Assembly (NCBI GenBank): GCA_035686305.1
Contig: DASRZP010000053.1
Coordinates: forward strand, 3,583-67,582
Reading direction: 5' to 3'
Origin: Thermodesulfovibrionales bacterium
GTDB lineage: Bacteria > Nitrospirota > Thermodesulfovibrionia > Thermodesulfovibrionales > UBA9159
DNA: 64,000 nt
Every line of letters begins with the position of its first letter. The first letter of the stretch is position 1. This document shows, piece by piece, positions 8,880 through 18,825 of the stretch. The notes beneath the pieces were generated by a model, which saw nothing but the letters and a program-made list of their open reading frames with translations, made no database searches and was not told where the DNA came from. A program made the translations under genes and the position numbers.

Positions 8880-10196
8880 TTATTTGCTCTCCAGTTCGCT
8901 CGTCGGTGTTTCCGGCAGTTTTTCGAGCTTCACCTTAGCTATCCTCTGACCCACCATCTCGACGATTCGGAGTCTCTTTCCCTCAATTTCCACTGCGTCG
9001 CCCGTCTGGGGTATCCGTTGCAGATAGGTAAGGATAAAGCCGCCGAGTGTCTCATATTCGGGAGACTCAGGTATCTCCACTCGATAATCTTCAACAAGGT
9101 CTCTGACGCTTATTGAGGCATCTATGATCATGGAACCATCGCTGAGCTGGATCACGGGGCTCTCGGTATCGTATTCGTCCCTGATTTCGCCGACGATCTC
9201 TTCGAGAAGGTCTTCGAGAGTTACCAGTCCCGAAACAGCTCCGTATTCATCGATTACGACGGCCATATGGACCCGTTTCTTCTGCATCTCCCTGAGGAGG
9301 ATGCTGATCTTCATCATTTCGGGGATGAAGATCGGAGGTTTGATAATCCTCCGTATATCAACGCTGCCGGTTTTTGCAAGGATGTTGAAAAAATCCTTGG
9401 CATAGAGGATACCCCGAACATCGTTCATGTCTTTCCCGATAACCGGATAACGGGAGAATTTCTCCTCGGAGATGATCGACTTGATCTCCTCGACCGGCAT
9501 TGCAAGACCTATGGTAACCATCTGAGGGCCGGGGATCATGACTTCTCTCACGAAGGTGTCGGTGAACTCAAAAACGCTGTGGATGAGCTCCTTCTCTTCA
9601 GGTTCAAAGACACCCTGCTCGCCTCCCTCCTCGATGAGAAGCTTGACTTCCTCTTCAGTGATATATCCCCTTTGGGTGAAGGCCTTTTTGCCAAAGGGCT
9701 TCAGGAGGATGTTGGTGCTCGCCGTCAGGACGCGCACAAAGAGGAAAGCCAACCGCGACAATCTCTCTATCGCGGGCGCAGTCATAAGACCGATTTCCTC
9801 AGGGTTCGAAAGTGCTATCGACTTCGGCATGAGTTCCCCGAAGACAAGGGAAAAATAGGCGACAACGGAAACAACGATCCCGACGGCTACTACTTCGGCG
9901 GAGGCAGAGACGAAGGGTATGGGCACGTTCTTTAAAGCCGGCTTAATATATTCGATGGCAATGGTTCCACCGATGGCTGAAGCGATGGCGCCGGATAGGG
10001 TTACACCGATCTGGATTGTGGCAAGGAATCTGTCAGGCATCTCCCTGAGCCTGTTCAAGGTTACAGCGTTCTTCGATCCCTCGTCGATGAGCTGCTTGAT
10101 CCTGCTTCTTCTTGTTGTGACGACCGCTATCTCAGCAGCGGCAAAGAAGGCGGTAAAGCAAATGAAGATAGCTATAAGAAAGAGTTCAAGCCACAT
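8880..10196 (-). CDS. CNNM/DUF21-CBS-CorC_HlyC family protein (hemolysin/Mg-Co efflux-like)
   Basis: N-terminal 4-TM DUF21 region, a CBS pair (VREVMIPGPQMVTI... / AVVIDEYGAVSGLVTLEDLLEEIVGEI), and a C-terminal CorC_HlyC transporter-associated domain. Confidence 0.85.
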   Translation of the reverse strand: MWLELFLIAIFICFTAFFAAAEIAVVTTRRSRIKQLIDEGSKNAVTLNRLREMPDRFLATIQIGVTLSGAIASAIGGTIAIEYIKPALKNVPIPFVSASAEVVAVGIVVSVVAYFSLVFGELMPKSIALSNPEEIGLMTAPAIERLSRLAFLFVRVLTASTNILLKPFGKKAFTQRGYITEEEVKLLIEEGGEQGVFEPEEKELIHSVFEFTDTFVREVMIPGPQMVTIGLAMPVEEIKSIISEEKFSRYPVIGKDMNDVRGILYAKDFFNILAKTGSVDIRRIIKPPIFIPEMMKISILLREMQKKRVHMAVVIDEYGAVSGLVTLEDLLEEIVGEIRDEYDTESPVIQLSDGSMIIDASISVRDLVEDYRVEIPESPEYETLGGFILTYLQRIPQTGDAVEIEGKRLRIVEMVGQRIAKVKLEKLPETPTSELESK

Positions 10197-10569
10197 GGAG
10201 GCTTATGACCGGCTGCATCCGGGCTGAGATGCCTGATGGTCGCCGAAAAAGAGGCGATAGTGTCTTCCGGCCCTTCGCTCCATTACGGGGTCACCGTAAG
10301 GGTCTTTGCACCGCCGATATCGTGATGCACATCGATCATGGCCTTAAGGAGTGTCGCCGGCAGTGTCCCTGACGTCCAAACCCAGCAGTCGCGAGTTACT
10401 CCTGTCGCATACACCGATTGCTCATCGCAGCCTTTCATTCCGTTCGTTTCCCGCAGGCTCTATTATAACTAAAGTGTTGGTTATTATTGCAAATCTGCCA
10501 TCACGAAAAAAAGTGGAAAATAGAAACGATCTCTGTTAAAATTATAGCCGTCTTTTTCGGGAGGTCAAA

Positions 10570-11310
10570 ATGGAACTGAAAGGGAAGGTCGCACTTGTGA
10601 CCGGGAGTGCACGAGGGATTGGCAAAGCGATAGCGCAAGGATTGGCCCGGAGAGGTGCGGACGTCGTGGTGTCAGATGTTAGCCATGATGATGCGCGGCA
10701 CAGTTCTGCCGAAATTGGCGGACTTGGCGTGAAGACCATGGCCGTGAAGCTTGATGTCTCAAAGTCTGAGGAGGTGGTCAAGACATTCGATGATATTGTG
10801 AAGACCCTTGGTAGGCTCGACATTCTCGTAAACAATGCCGGGATAACAAAAGATAACCTTCTTCTCAGGATGAAGGAAGAGGAATGGGATGCCGTTCTCA
10901 GTGTAAACCTGAAGGGGGTCTTCCTCTGCGCAAAGGAGGCTGTCAAGATCATGGCAAAGCAGCGGTACGGGAGGATCATCAACATCGCTTCCGTCGTTGC
11001 CTTTATGGGCAATCCGGGACAGGCAAATTACAGCGCCTCAAAGGCCGGCATCATCGGATTGACAAAGACGATCGCAAAGGAATATGCGAGCAGGGGCATT
11101 ACTTCGAACGCCGTTGCTCCCGGCTTTATTACGACTGCAATGACTGATGCCCTTCCGGAAAATGTGAAAGAGGAGATGAAGAAGGTTATTCCGATGGCAC
11201 GGTTTGGGACGATAGATGACGTGGCAAATGCAGTGCTCTTTTTCGCATCACCTGATTCAGGGTATATTACGGGGCAGGTGATTCATGTGAACGGCGGGAT
11301 GTATATGTGA
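10570..11310 (+). CDS. fabG: 3-oxoacyl-ACP reductase
   Basis: KVALVTGSARGIGKAIA; NNAGIT; the YSASKAG catalytic motif. Located next to acpP-fabF. Confidence 0.95.
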   Translation: MELKGKVALVTGSARGIGKAIAQGLARRGADVVVSDVSHDDARHSSAEIGGLGVKTMAVKLDVSKSEEVVKTFDDIVKTLGRLDILVNNAGITKDNLLLRMKEEEWDAVLSVNLKGVFLCAKEAVKIMAKQRYGRIINIASVVAFMGNPGQANYSASKAGIIGLTKTIAKEYASRGITSNAVAPGFITTAMTDALPENVKEEMKKVIPMARFGTIDDVANAVLFFASPDSGYITGQVIHVNGGMYM

Positions 11311-11377
11311 TGCGAGATGATATGCTTGAGCGGGAAAAAGCAAGAGGATACCGAGAAAAAACTACAACGGAGGTGTA

Positions 11378-11611
11378 ATGATGGTAGACGAAAAGGTGAA
11401 GGAAATTATAGCGAAACAACTCGGCGTGAACCCCTCTGAGGTGACGCAGGAGGCATCATTCGTAGAAGACCTTGGAGCGGATTCTCTCGATACGGTAGAG
11501 CTTGTCATGGCGTTCGAGGAGGCTTTCAACATCGAGATCCCTGATGAGGACGCCGAGAAGATCGCAAAGGTCAAGGACGCAATTGAATACATTAAGAAGA
11601 AGATGGCATAA
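11378..11611 (+). CDS. acpP: Acyl carrier protein
   Basis: 77 aa, with the [19 protein letters not shown] phosphopantetheine-attachment motif. Confidence 0.97.
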   Translation: MMVDEKVKEIIAKQLGVNPSEVTQEASFVEDLGADSLDTVELVMAFEEAFNIEIPDEDAEKIAKVKDAIEYIKKKMA

Positions 11612-11626
11612 CTCACGCTGAGACGT

Positions 11627-12874
11627 ATGGAAAAACGCAGGGTTGTCGTAACAGGTCTGGGACTCATCCTCCCGGTCGGTGTTGGGGTTGGGGATGCATG
11701 GAAAGCGCTCCTTGAGGGAAGGTCGGGGATAGGGATAATCAAGACCTTCGATTCTTCCGGCCTTCCCGTTCATATTGCCGGAGAGGTGAAGGATTTCGAT
11801 CCATCTCTCTATATCGAGGCGAAGGAGATAAAGAAGATGGACCGCTTCATCCATTTTGCCGTCGCAGCCTCGACTATGGCTATGGAAGATTCGGGCCTGA
11901 AGATTACTGACGAGAACGCAGAAAGGGCAGGCGTCATCATCGGTTCGGGGATGGGTGGCCTTCCCACCATTGAGCACTATCATAAGATCTATCTCGAAAA
12001 AGGTTATCGCAGGATAACGCCGTTCTTTATCCCCATGCTGATCATCAACCTGGCATCGGGTCAGGTCTCCATACGGTTTGGAGCAAAGGGGCCGAACAGC
12101 GCCGTCGCCACTGCCTGTGCCACCGGCAGTCACGCCATAGGGGACGCCTTCAGGATCATACAGAGAGGAGACGCCGACGTTATGATTGCCGGAGGAACGG
12201 AGTCTGTCATAACGCCCATGGCGGTGGGAGGTTTTGCCGTGATGAAGGCGCTCTCCACAAGAAACGACGAACCAGATCGCGCCAGCAGGCCCTTTGACCG
12301 GGACAGGGATGGCTTTGTCGTGGGCGAAGGCGCGGGCATCGTCATCCTCGAAACGATGGACAACGCGAGAAAGAGGAATGCGAAGATCTATGCCGAGGTT
12401 GTTGGGTACGGGATGACAAGCGATGCTTACCATATCACTTCTCCTGCGCCCGGCGGCGAAGGTGCGGCGTCGTGTATGTCGAAGGCGTTGAAGGACGCGG
12501 GAGTTTTACCGGAGGTCGTGGATTACATTAATGCGCACGGCACATCGACAAAATATGGCGATGAACTGGAAACAGCGGCGATCAAGAAGGTTTTTGGAGA
12601 ACATGCGTATGATCTCTGTGTTAGTTCTACAAAGTCCATGACCGGTCATCTCCTCGGAGCTGCGGGCGGAGTTGAGTCGGTCATCAGCGTTCTCAGCCTC
12701 CACACCGACAGGGTTCCGCCGACAATAAACCTCGATAATCCCGATCCTGAATGCAATCTCGATTATGTCGCGTGGAAGGCGAGAGAAAAGACGGTCGAGT
12801 ACGCCCTGTCGAACTCCTTTGGTTTTGGGGGGACGAATGCGTGCCTCTTATTCAAGAAATACCGAGAGTCTTGA
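11627..12874 (+). CDS. fabF: Beta-ketoacyl-ACP synthase II
   Basis: RVVVTGLG...; active-site ATACATGSHAIG; HGTSTK; GFGGTNA. Confidence 0.95.
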   Translation: MEKRRVVVTGLGLILPVGVGVGDAWKALLEGRSGIGIIKTFDSSGLPVHIAGEVKDFDPSLYIEAKEIKKMDRFIHFAVAASTMAMEDSGLKITDENAERAGVIIGSGMGGLPTIEHYHKIYLEKGYRRITPFFIPMLIINLASGQVSIRFGAKGPNSAVATACATGSHAIGDAFRIIQRGDADVMIAGGTESVITPMAVGGFAVMKALSTRNDEPDRASRPFDRDRDGFVVGEGAGIVILETMDNARKRNAKIYAEVVGYGMTSDAYHITSPAPGGEGAASCMSKALKDAGVLPEVVDYINAHGTSTKYGDELETAAIKKVFGEHAYDLCVSSTKSMTGHLLGAAGGVESVISVLSLHTDRVPPTINLDNPDPECNLDYVAWKAREKTVEYALSNSFGFGGTNACLLFKKYRES

Positions 12875-13586
12875 GGACAGTCTCGGCTATGTCTTTAAGA
12901 AGAGCGCTCTCCTTGCAGAGGCCCTGACCCATAAATCCTATCACCACGAAAATCCTCGGAAGGCGCCCGTGTATAACGAGCGTCTCGAATTTCTCGGTGA
13001 TTCCGTTCTTGCCCTTGTCATCGTTGAATACATATTCAGCGACAGTCGGATGTTTAGCGAATCCCTTATGGCGAAGATCAAATCATATCTCGTTACGGGG
13101 TCTCTCCTGTCTGAGGTTGCGGGGGAGATAGACCTTGGCCACTATTTACGACTGGGAAAGGGCGAAGAGGATACCGGGGGAAGACGCAAAAAATCAATTC
13201 TCGCAGATGCGATGGAGGCTGTCTTCGGGGCAGTCTATCTCGATGGCGGATACGAGGAGGCACGGCGCGTGATCCTCAGGCTTTTTCGGGAAAGGATGCT
13301 CGCAGTGATCGAATCGGGGCAGTGCCACGATTACAAAACCGAATTACAGGAGAAGAGCCAAACCCTTTTCGGCGTCCTGCCTGAATACCGGTTGATCGGG
13401 CAGGAGGGCGACGAACACCGTAAGACCTTCACCGTGGAAGTTTTGATCGGGGGCAGACTCTTTGGTTGCGGCGAAGGGAAGAGCAAGAAAGAGGCGCAGA
13501 TGACGGCCGCAAGAGAGGCAATAGGAAACCTCGATCGAGACGGGGGATTGGAGCGGTCCTCCTCATGGGGAAAAGAGTCTCGCTAA
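12837..13586 (+). CDS. rnc: Ribonuclease III
   Basis: LGYVFKKSALLAEALTHKSY, NERLEFLGDSVL (RNase III signature), and a C-terminal dsRBD (GEGKSKKEAQMTAAREA). Start taken at ATG 12837, which overlaps the fabF 3' end. The ORF is open from 12765. Confidence 0.88.
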   Translation: MRASYSRNTESLEDSLGYVFKKSALLAEALTHKSYHHENPRKAPVYNERLEFLGDSVLALVIVEYIFSDSRMFSESLMAKIKSYLVTGSLLSEVAGEIDLGHYLRLGKGEEDTGGRRKKSILADAMEAVFGAVYLDGGYEEARRVILRLFRERMLAVIESGQCHDYKTELQEKSQTLFGVLPEYRLIGQEGDEHRKTFTVEVLIGGRLFGCGEGKSKKEAQMTAAREAIGNLDRDGGLERSSSWGKESR

Positions 13587-14600
13587 GTTACGTCGCTCTT
13601 CAGGAGTTGTCATGAAGATCAAGGTGTCTCCTTCGGTCATCGTATGATCGGGCGAAGGGTTGTAGACCAACCCGTCCTTTGTCTTCATGGCAAGCAGCAA
13701 GATTCGCAGGGGCTTCTTAAGGAAAAGGGCTGAAATCGGTTTCCCCGTGAACGCATGGGGCACGGTAATCTCTTCGATCCTCAGGTTCTTTTCTTTGTCG
13801 CGCAGCATGCTGTCGAGAAAGGAGGCGACGGTAGGGCGTATCATCTCTGAAGCCATTCTTAACCCGCCGATATAGGTCGGCGATACCACGGTATCGGCGC
13901 CGGCCTTCTTGATCTTTTCGACGTTCTTGAGATCTTGGGAGCGGGCGACAACCCGTATGGCAGGATTCAGCTGCTTCGCCGTCAGACTTATCACGAGGTT
14001 CTGGTTATCATCGTCGGTCACGGCAAAGAGTCCCTTCGCCTCCGCAATCCCTGCCTTCTGGAGCGTGGCGCTGTCAGTGGCGTCACCCTCGACAAAGAGG
14101 TCCTCATGAGATGTTTCAAGGACCCTATCAATCTTTTTTCTGTCGAGATCAACAATGATATAGGGTCTCTCTGTTTCGCGAAGCTCTTTTGCGATGTAGA
14201 AGCCTGTACCTTCTATCCCGCAGATAATAAAATGGTCTTTGAACTTTCTGATCATCTTCTCCATCCTCCTCCTCCGAAAGACCTCTTTGAGTTCCCCTTC
14301 CACGAGGAAGGCTGTAAAGTTCGAAAGAATGTATGTCAGCGTCATGATGCCTGAAAGGGCTACGATTATGGTAAAGACCCGGCCAGGAGGATTTTTCGAC
14401 AAGTCGATGATCTCTCCATATCCAATCGTCGTGATCGTGATGAAGGTCATATAAAAGCAGTCCAGGAGGGAATACCCTTTGCCGCCGATCACCCGATAAC
14501 CGGCTGTCCCGGCAAGGAAGATAACCACGAGGGCCATGCCTGCACAGATGAATTTTCTATATAACTGTCTGTATAAGTGTGAGGTTAAGGTGTTTGCCAT
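13563..14600 (-). CDS. Potassium channel with RCK/TrkA-N and TrkA-C domains
   Basis: Selectivity filter TITTIGYGE. The Rossmann-like HFIICGIEGTGFYIA and a C-terminal TrkA-C segment follow. Confidence 0.88.
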   Translation of the reverse strand: MANTLTSHLYRQLYRKFICAGMALVVIFLAGTAGYRVIGGKGYSLLDCFYMTFITITTIGYGEIIDLSKNPPGRVFTIIVALSGIMTLTYILSNFTAFLVEGELKEVFRRRRMEKMIRKFKDHFIICGIEGTGFYIAKELRETERPYIIVDLDRKKIDRVLETSHEDLFVEGDATDSATLQKAGIAEAKGLFAVTDDDNQNLVISLTAKQLNPAIRVVARSQDLKNVEKIKKAGADTVVSPTYIGGLRMASEMIRPTVASFLDSMLRDKEKNLRIEEITVPHAFTGKPISALFLKKPLRILLLAMKTKDGLVYNPSPDHTMTEGDTLIFMTTPEERRNLARLFSP

Positions 14601-14714
14601 AACTGGGTCAGTTGAATGTCACTCCTCTCTTCTTTCCTCTGCCCATCGTTGAAAGCCTTGCCTCTGCCACTGTAATATTACCCTAACGAGAGAAAACTAA
14701 TAAAGAGGCATTCG

Positions 14715-14981
14715 TTGAAGACTAAGATTCTCCTGGTCAATCCCAGGATCTATGACTTCGCCGACGTACGGCCTTCCTGGTCAGGGACTGGAAGAGGTGC
14801 AGGCCCCATGAGGGGAACCGAGAGCTGGAGGGCGCTGGTGAGGGAGGGTCTGATTACCGACGACCTTAATCTGCTGCTTACGAACAATACCGTCTTTTCA
14901 TCACTCTATTCTGGGTATGATGAAGGGGAGGTGACACGGTTGAAGCTTGCTGTGAAGGAGTACAATGCAAGGTCAGGATAA
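14715..14981 (+). pseudogene. Short ORF, possibly the N-terminal remnant of a B12-binding/radical-SAM-type protein
   Basis: The start KILLVNPRIYDFA resembles the N-terminus of a radical SAM family (KILL[IV]NPWIYDFAAYD, recalled from memory). Similarity then collapses and the ORF ends after 88 codons. Confidence 0.25.
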
Positions 14982-15109
14982 CATGGCACCCTCTGAGTTG
15001 CCGGGCACTGGTGTGCCGTTCCGGAACTGCTGTGGAAAGGCGGGGAGCATTGATATTTTCCCATCCGATGCTTATCATAAAACGTGGTTCACGCATTTCT
15101 CAGGGGCGT

Positions 15110-16579
15110 ATGGTAGAACGAGCGGAGGAGGGGAAGGCGGAGAAAGAGCCTTCGTTGTGGGAGAGGCTCTCTTTTTTCCATTTCCCGATCAGGGTCAAGC
15201 TTTCGATCGCTATCACCTTTATTATCTGGCTTACCATACTGATCCTCAGCTTTGTGATCCTCGCCCGGCAGAAGGAGCAGCTCTATCTCCAGACGGTAAA
15301 GACAGGAAACGTGAGCCTGAACTATTTTGCTTCGAACGCGAACATTCCCCTCCTCAACGATGACCTCCTCAGACTGAATCAACTGATCAAGGAAGCAACA
15401 TCTGTCGAGGGTCTGCTCTATGCGATCATTGTTGACCGTCAAGGTGTCATTCAAGCTGACACAGACCAGAGCAGGCTCGGATCAACGTATCAGAAGATGG
15501 AGAATGCGAAGGAACTCAAGAAGGAGAAGGATGTTACCTATTTCAATTACCTTCTTCCCTCGGGGACCCATATCCTCGATCTTTCAAAGCCGGTGATGTT
15601 CAAGAATAAGGCTTTGGGCGAGGTCCATGTCGGTGTTTCGCTCGACTTCATAAACGATCTCATCCGGAGGGAGCGGGTATTCATCCTTGTCCTGAGCCTC
15701 TTCATCGTCCTCCTGGGGATTTCGATCGCCGTGCTCCTTGGATTCAGCTTCTCCCGTCCTATCCTGAAACTTGTCCTGGCAACCAAGGAGATCGGGAAGG
15801 GAAATTATCAGTACAGGATCGACATGGCGAGAAAGGATGAATTCGGAGACCTGGCAACTGCGTTCAATTACATGGCACAAGAGCTCCTGACAAAGCTCCT
15901 CATCAAGCAATCCTTCGGACGGTACGTGAGTCCTGAAGTCCTCGATATGATCCTGTCCCATCCGGAAGAGGCATGGCTGAAGGGCAAGAGGAACGAGGCG
16001 ACCATCCTCTTTACGGACGTGCGGGACTTTACGGCCTTTTCGGAAACGAGGAACCCTGAAGAGATCGTCGACAACCTCAATGAGTACTTCGAAATCGCCA
16101 CGCAAGTCATACTGGAACACGGCGGATATGTCGACAAGTTTATCGGAGACGCAGTCCTCGGTGTTTTCGGCGTCCCAATATCCCATGAAGACCATGTCTT
16201 CAGGGCCGTTGACGCGGCGGTCGCCATGCAGAAGAGATTTCACGAGAAGGCAGACGGTGACAAGAATCCTCTCCTCACGAGGATAGGGATCGGCATCAAC
16301 ACCGGCATTGTCGTATCAGGGAGCCTGGGCTCTCAGGTCAAGATGGAATACACCGTTATCGGTGACAGTGTCAACGTGGCTTCCCGAATCAATCATATCG
16401 CGGGAGCCGGGGAGATTATCGTCAGTAAAGGGATCTATGATGTGATGAAAGACCGCGTCACAGCGAATGCCCTGCCGCCGCAAAGGATAAAGGGGAAGAC
16501 AGAGGCGATTGAAGTCTATCAAATCGTCGATGTCAAGACTTCGAAGGACGATCAAGGAGGGGGCAATAATGGTGCCTAA
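15110..16579 (+). CDS. Membrane-bound class III adenylate/guanylate cyclase with periplasmic sensor and HAMP domains
   Basis: Two TM helices flank a sensor region of about 170 aa. HAMP (PILKLVLATKEIGKGNY...FGDLATAFNYMAQEL). Cyclase core ATILFTDVRDFTAFSE...FIGDAVLGVFG...GIGINTG...GDSVNVASR. The ORF is open from 15011, so the start is uncertain. Confidence 0.88.
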   Translation: MVERAEEGKAEKEPSLWERLSFFHFPIRVKLSIAITFIIWLTILILSFVILARQKEQLYLQTVKTGNVSLNYFASNANIPLLNDDLLRLNQLIKEATSVEGLLYAIIVDRQGVIQADTDQSRLGSTYQKMENAKELKKEKDVTYFNYLLPSGTHILDLSKPVMFKNKALGEVHVGVSLDFINDLIRRERVFILVLSLFIVLLGISIAVLLGFSFSRPILKLVLATKEIGKGNYQYRIDMARKDEFGDLATAFNYMAQELLTKLLIKQSFGRYVSPEVLDMILSHPEEAWLKGKRNEATILFTDVRDFTAFSETRNPEEIVDNLNEYFEIATQVILEHGGYVDKFIGDAVLGVFGVPISHEDHVFRAVDAAVAMQKRFHEKADGDKNPLLTRIGIGINTGIVVSGSLGSQVKMEYTVIGDSVNVASRINHIAGAGEIIVSKGIYDVMKDRVTANALPPQRIKGKTEAIEVYQIVDVKTSKDDQGGGNNGA

Positions 16580-17618
16580 GACAAAAGGCAGGAATGAGCA
16601 TCTATTCGCTCTCGTCGCTCTTATACTGGTCATAATCCTTATCGGTGGATGCGCCGCCGGCAAGGTCGAGACCAAACCTGAAGGTGTGCCGCAGGAGAAG
16701 CCGCGGGAAAGGATGGAGGATTTTGGTTTCCAGGCGATCAGGGTGGGGCAGGGCGATACCCTGTCTTCTCTGGCAAAGAAATATCTGGGCGACGCCACAA
16801 TGGACTGGTTTATCGCAGAATTCAACGGGATAACCGCGATCACTCCGGGACAGGAATTGATCATACCTCTTAAGCCCTATGATAAGGGTGGGCTGAGTCT
16901 GAGGGGATATCAGACCGTTCCGGTATTGAGCTACCACCAGTTTTCGGAGACCGTGACGAACAAGATGACCGTTAGCCGTTCCGCCTTTGAAGAACAGATG
17001 AAGTTCCTCAAGGACGACGGATATCATGTGATCACGATCGACGACCTCCTTGACTTTCTCGACTTCAAGAAGCAGGTGCCGAAAAAATCAGTCGTGATCA
17101 CGATTGACGACGGCTGGCGCTCGATGTATGACATTGCCTTCCCTATTTTAAAGCAGTACGGATATCCGGCGACGCTCTTTGTCTATACCGACCTCATCAC
17201 CGGAAGCTATAAGACCTTGTCCTGGGACCTTATCCAGAAGATGGCGGAAAGCGGTATCGACATTCAGTGCCATACCAAAACGCACCGCGATTTAACGAAG
17301 CCGGATGCAAATAAAAAAGAGACCTTCAAGGAATATTTTGAGGCGATAGAGAAAGAATTGTCGGGATGCATGACATTGATTAAGAAGAAGCTGAACCAAG
17401 AGGTGAAGTATACAGCCTATCCCTACGGCGAAACCAATCACCTCGTCATCGAACTTGCGAAGAAGGTCGGGTATCGCGGCGCCTTCACGACGAAACGCGG
17501 GGGCAATCCCTTTTTCGTCAACAACTACCGCATAAACCGTTCCATGATCTACGGCGAGTTTAACCTGAAAAGCTTCGAAAAGAACCTCTCTCCCTTCAGC
17601 GAGGAGATATTGCAGTGA
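16569..17618 (+). CDS. Lipoprotein with LysM plus polysaccharide deacetylase (NodB-type) domains
   Basis: Lipobox LIGGC. LysM IRVGQGDTLSSLAKKY...GQELIIPL. NodB motifs VLSYHQF and VITIDDGWRS. The ATG overlaps the cyclase stop by 11 nt. Confidence 0.85.
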   Translation: MVPKTKGRNEHLFALVALILVIILIGGCAAGKVETKPEGVPQEKPRERMEDFGFQAIRVGQGDTLSSLAKKYLGDATMDWFIAEFNGITAITPGQELIIPLKPYDKGGLSLRGYQTVPVLSYHQFSETVTNKMTVSRSAFEEQMKFLKDDGYHVITIDDLLDFLDFKKQVPKKSVVITIDDGWRSMYDIAFPILKQYGYPATLFVYTDLITGSYKTLSWDLIQKMAESGIDIQCHTKTHRDLTKPDANKKETFKEYFEAIEKELSGCMTLIKKKLNQEVKYTAYPYGETNHLVIELAKKVGYRGAFTTKRGGNPFFVNNYRINRSMIYGEFNLKSFEKNLSPFSEEILQ

Positions 17619-18676
17619 GAGGGTCTGTAGGCAGCAGCCTGTGGGGTATCAGCCTTATTATCCTCATGATCGGAGTCTTGGGTTGTGCTGCGCCAGCTAG
17701 GAAGGAGACGGTGGAGAGGGTCCCGGAACAGATCGAGAAGATTGCGGACCCTCGTGAGGCATTACTGCGATGGAAGATTGTCGCCACCCGTTCCCCGTCT
17801 AACGAAACCGCCATGAGGAAGATAGCAGAGCTTACGGCGCAATGCAACGCCCTTGCCGATGAGCACTTCAGGAAGGGAGTATCATATTATCAGAACAATC
17901 AGGTGGGGAACGCCCGTAAGGAGTTTCTCCTGACACTCTATTATAACCAGGACCACAAGGAGGCACTGGAATACCTGAAAGAAAAGCTGACAGGCGAGGA
18001 TGCCACACTCTATGATGTCAAAAAGGGAGATACGGCAAATAAGATTGCGGAAAAGGTCTACGGCGACACGCAGAAGGACTTCCTGGTGAGCTATTTCAAC
18101 GACCTTAAGAAAGACCATCAGGTTAAACCGAATGCCGTGCTGAGACTCCCGATCCTGGAGGCGGTACCCTTGAAACGGGAAGGAGTCGCGTCGAAACAGG
18201 CTCCTGTCAGTGCCGAGACCGTTGAAGAACCGAAGGAGGTCCCCTTCGATAGCACTGAGATGCTCGTTCAGGCACGGACATCTCTGAAGGCCAGGAAATA
18301 TCAGGATGTGGCATCGATCGCGGAGAGTGTTCTCGGCTACGATCCGGCCAACCGGGAGGCCCATGACCTCGTAAACGAATCATACTATCAGATGGGAAAG
18401 GCCTTTGTCCAAAAGAAGAAGTACGAGGACGCCCTTGCGATGTTGGGCCGTGTCGAGCCCGGCTACAAGGACACGAGGGATTCCCTCACCTTTGTGAAGA
18501 AGCAGCTCGCCGAGACGCATTATCTTGCAGGGGTGAGATATTTTATCAATGAAGACCTTGAAAAGGCGATCAGGGAATGGGAAGAGGCCCTGAAGCTGAA
18601 CCCAAATCATTCAAAGGCAAAGAGTGATATGGAGCGGGCACAGGGCCTTCTCGAAAAGTTGAAAGAGGTTAAGTAG
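17615..18676 (+). CDS. Lipoprotein with LysM and TPR repeats
   Basis: GTG start overlapping the upstream stop (GTGA). Lipobox VLGC. LysM YDVKKGDTANKIAEKVYGD...LRLPI. TPR-like helices in the C-terminal half. Confidence 0.8.
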   Translation: MRGSVGSSLWGISLIILMIGVLGCAAPARKETVERVPEQIEKIADPREALLRWKIVATRSPSNETAMRKIAELTAQCNALADEHFRKGVSYYQNNQVGNARKEFLLTLYYNQDHKEALEYLKEKLTGEDATLYDVKKGDTANKIAEKVYGDTQKDFLVSYFNDLKKDHQVKPNAVLRLPILEAVPLKREGVASKQAPVSAETVEEPKEVPFDSTEMLVQARTSLKARKYQDVASIAESVLGYDPANREAHDLVNESYYQMGKAFVQKKKYEDALAMLGRVEPGYKDTRDSLTFVKKQLAETHYLAGVRYFINEDLEKAIREWEEALKLNPNHSKAKSDMERAQGLLEKLKEVK

Positions 18677-18825
18677 CTCCCTCAAGGGATCGCTACGAAA
18701 GACGTCCTTGACAACGGGGAAAATCGAAGATCGAGAGTTGGCTCCTCGGCTCCGTTTCGAAGAGGGTAGTCTCCTACGCGCCCTCACCGTGACGATTGTG
18801 AAATAGTTCGAGCTCCTTGCAAAGG

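Noticed and set aside
11456-12433. 325-codon ORF antisense to fabF.
   Set aside because: The plus-strand frame encodes an unmistakable KAS II with the active-site Cys/His/His. The antisense product has no recognisable features.
14984-15001. TGGCAC ... TTGC upstream of the cyclase gene.
   Set aside because: Eight nucleotides separate the two boxes instead of five, so the GG/GC spacing is incompatible with sigma-54 binding.
18677-18816. Fluoride (crcB-motif) riboswitch expected upstream of crcB.
   Set aside because: Only a superficial resemblance is present (a 4-bp stem with a 9-nt loop, and a CCUAC tail). The conserved GAUGG and CUGAUGAU elements are absent and the pseudoknot complementarity could not be drawn. 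A cmsearch is needed before any call.
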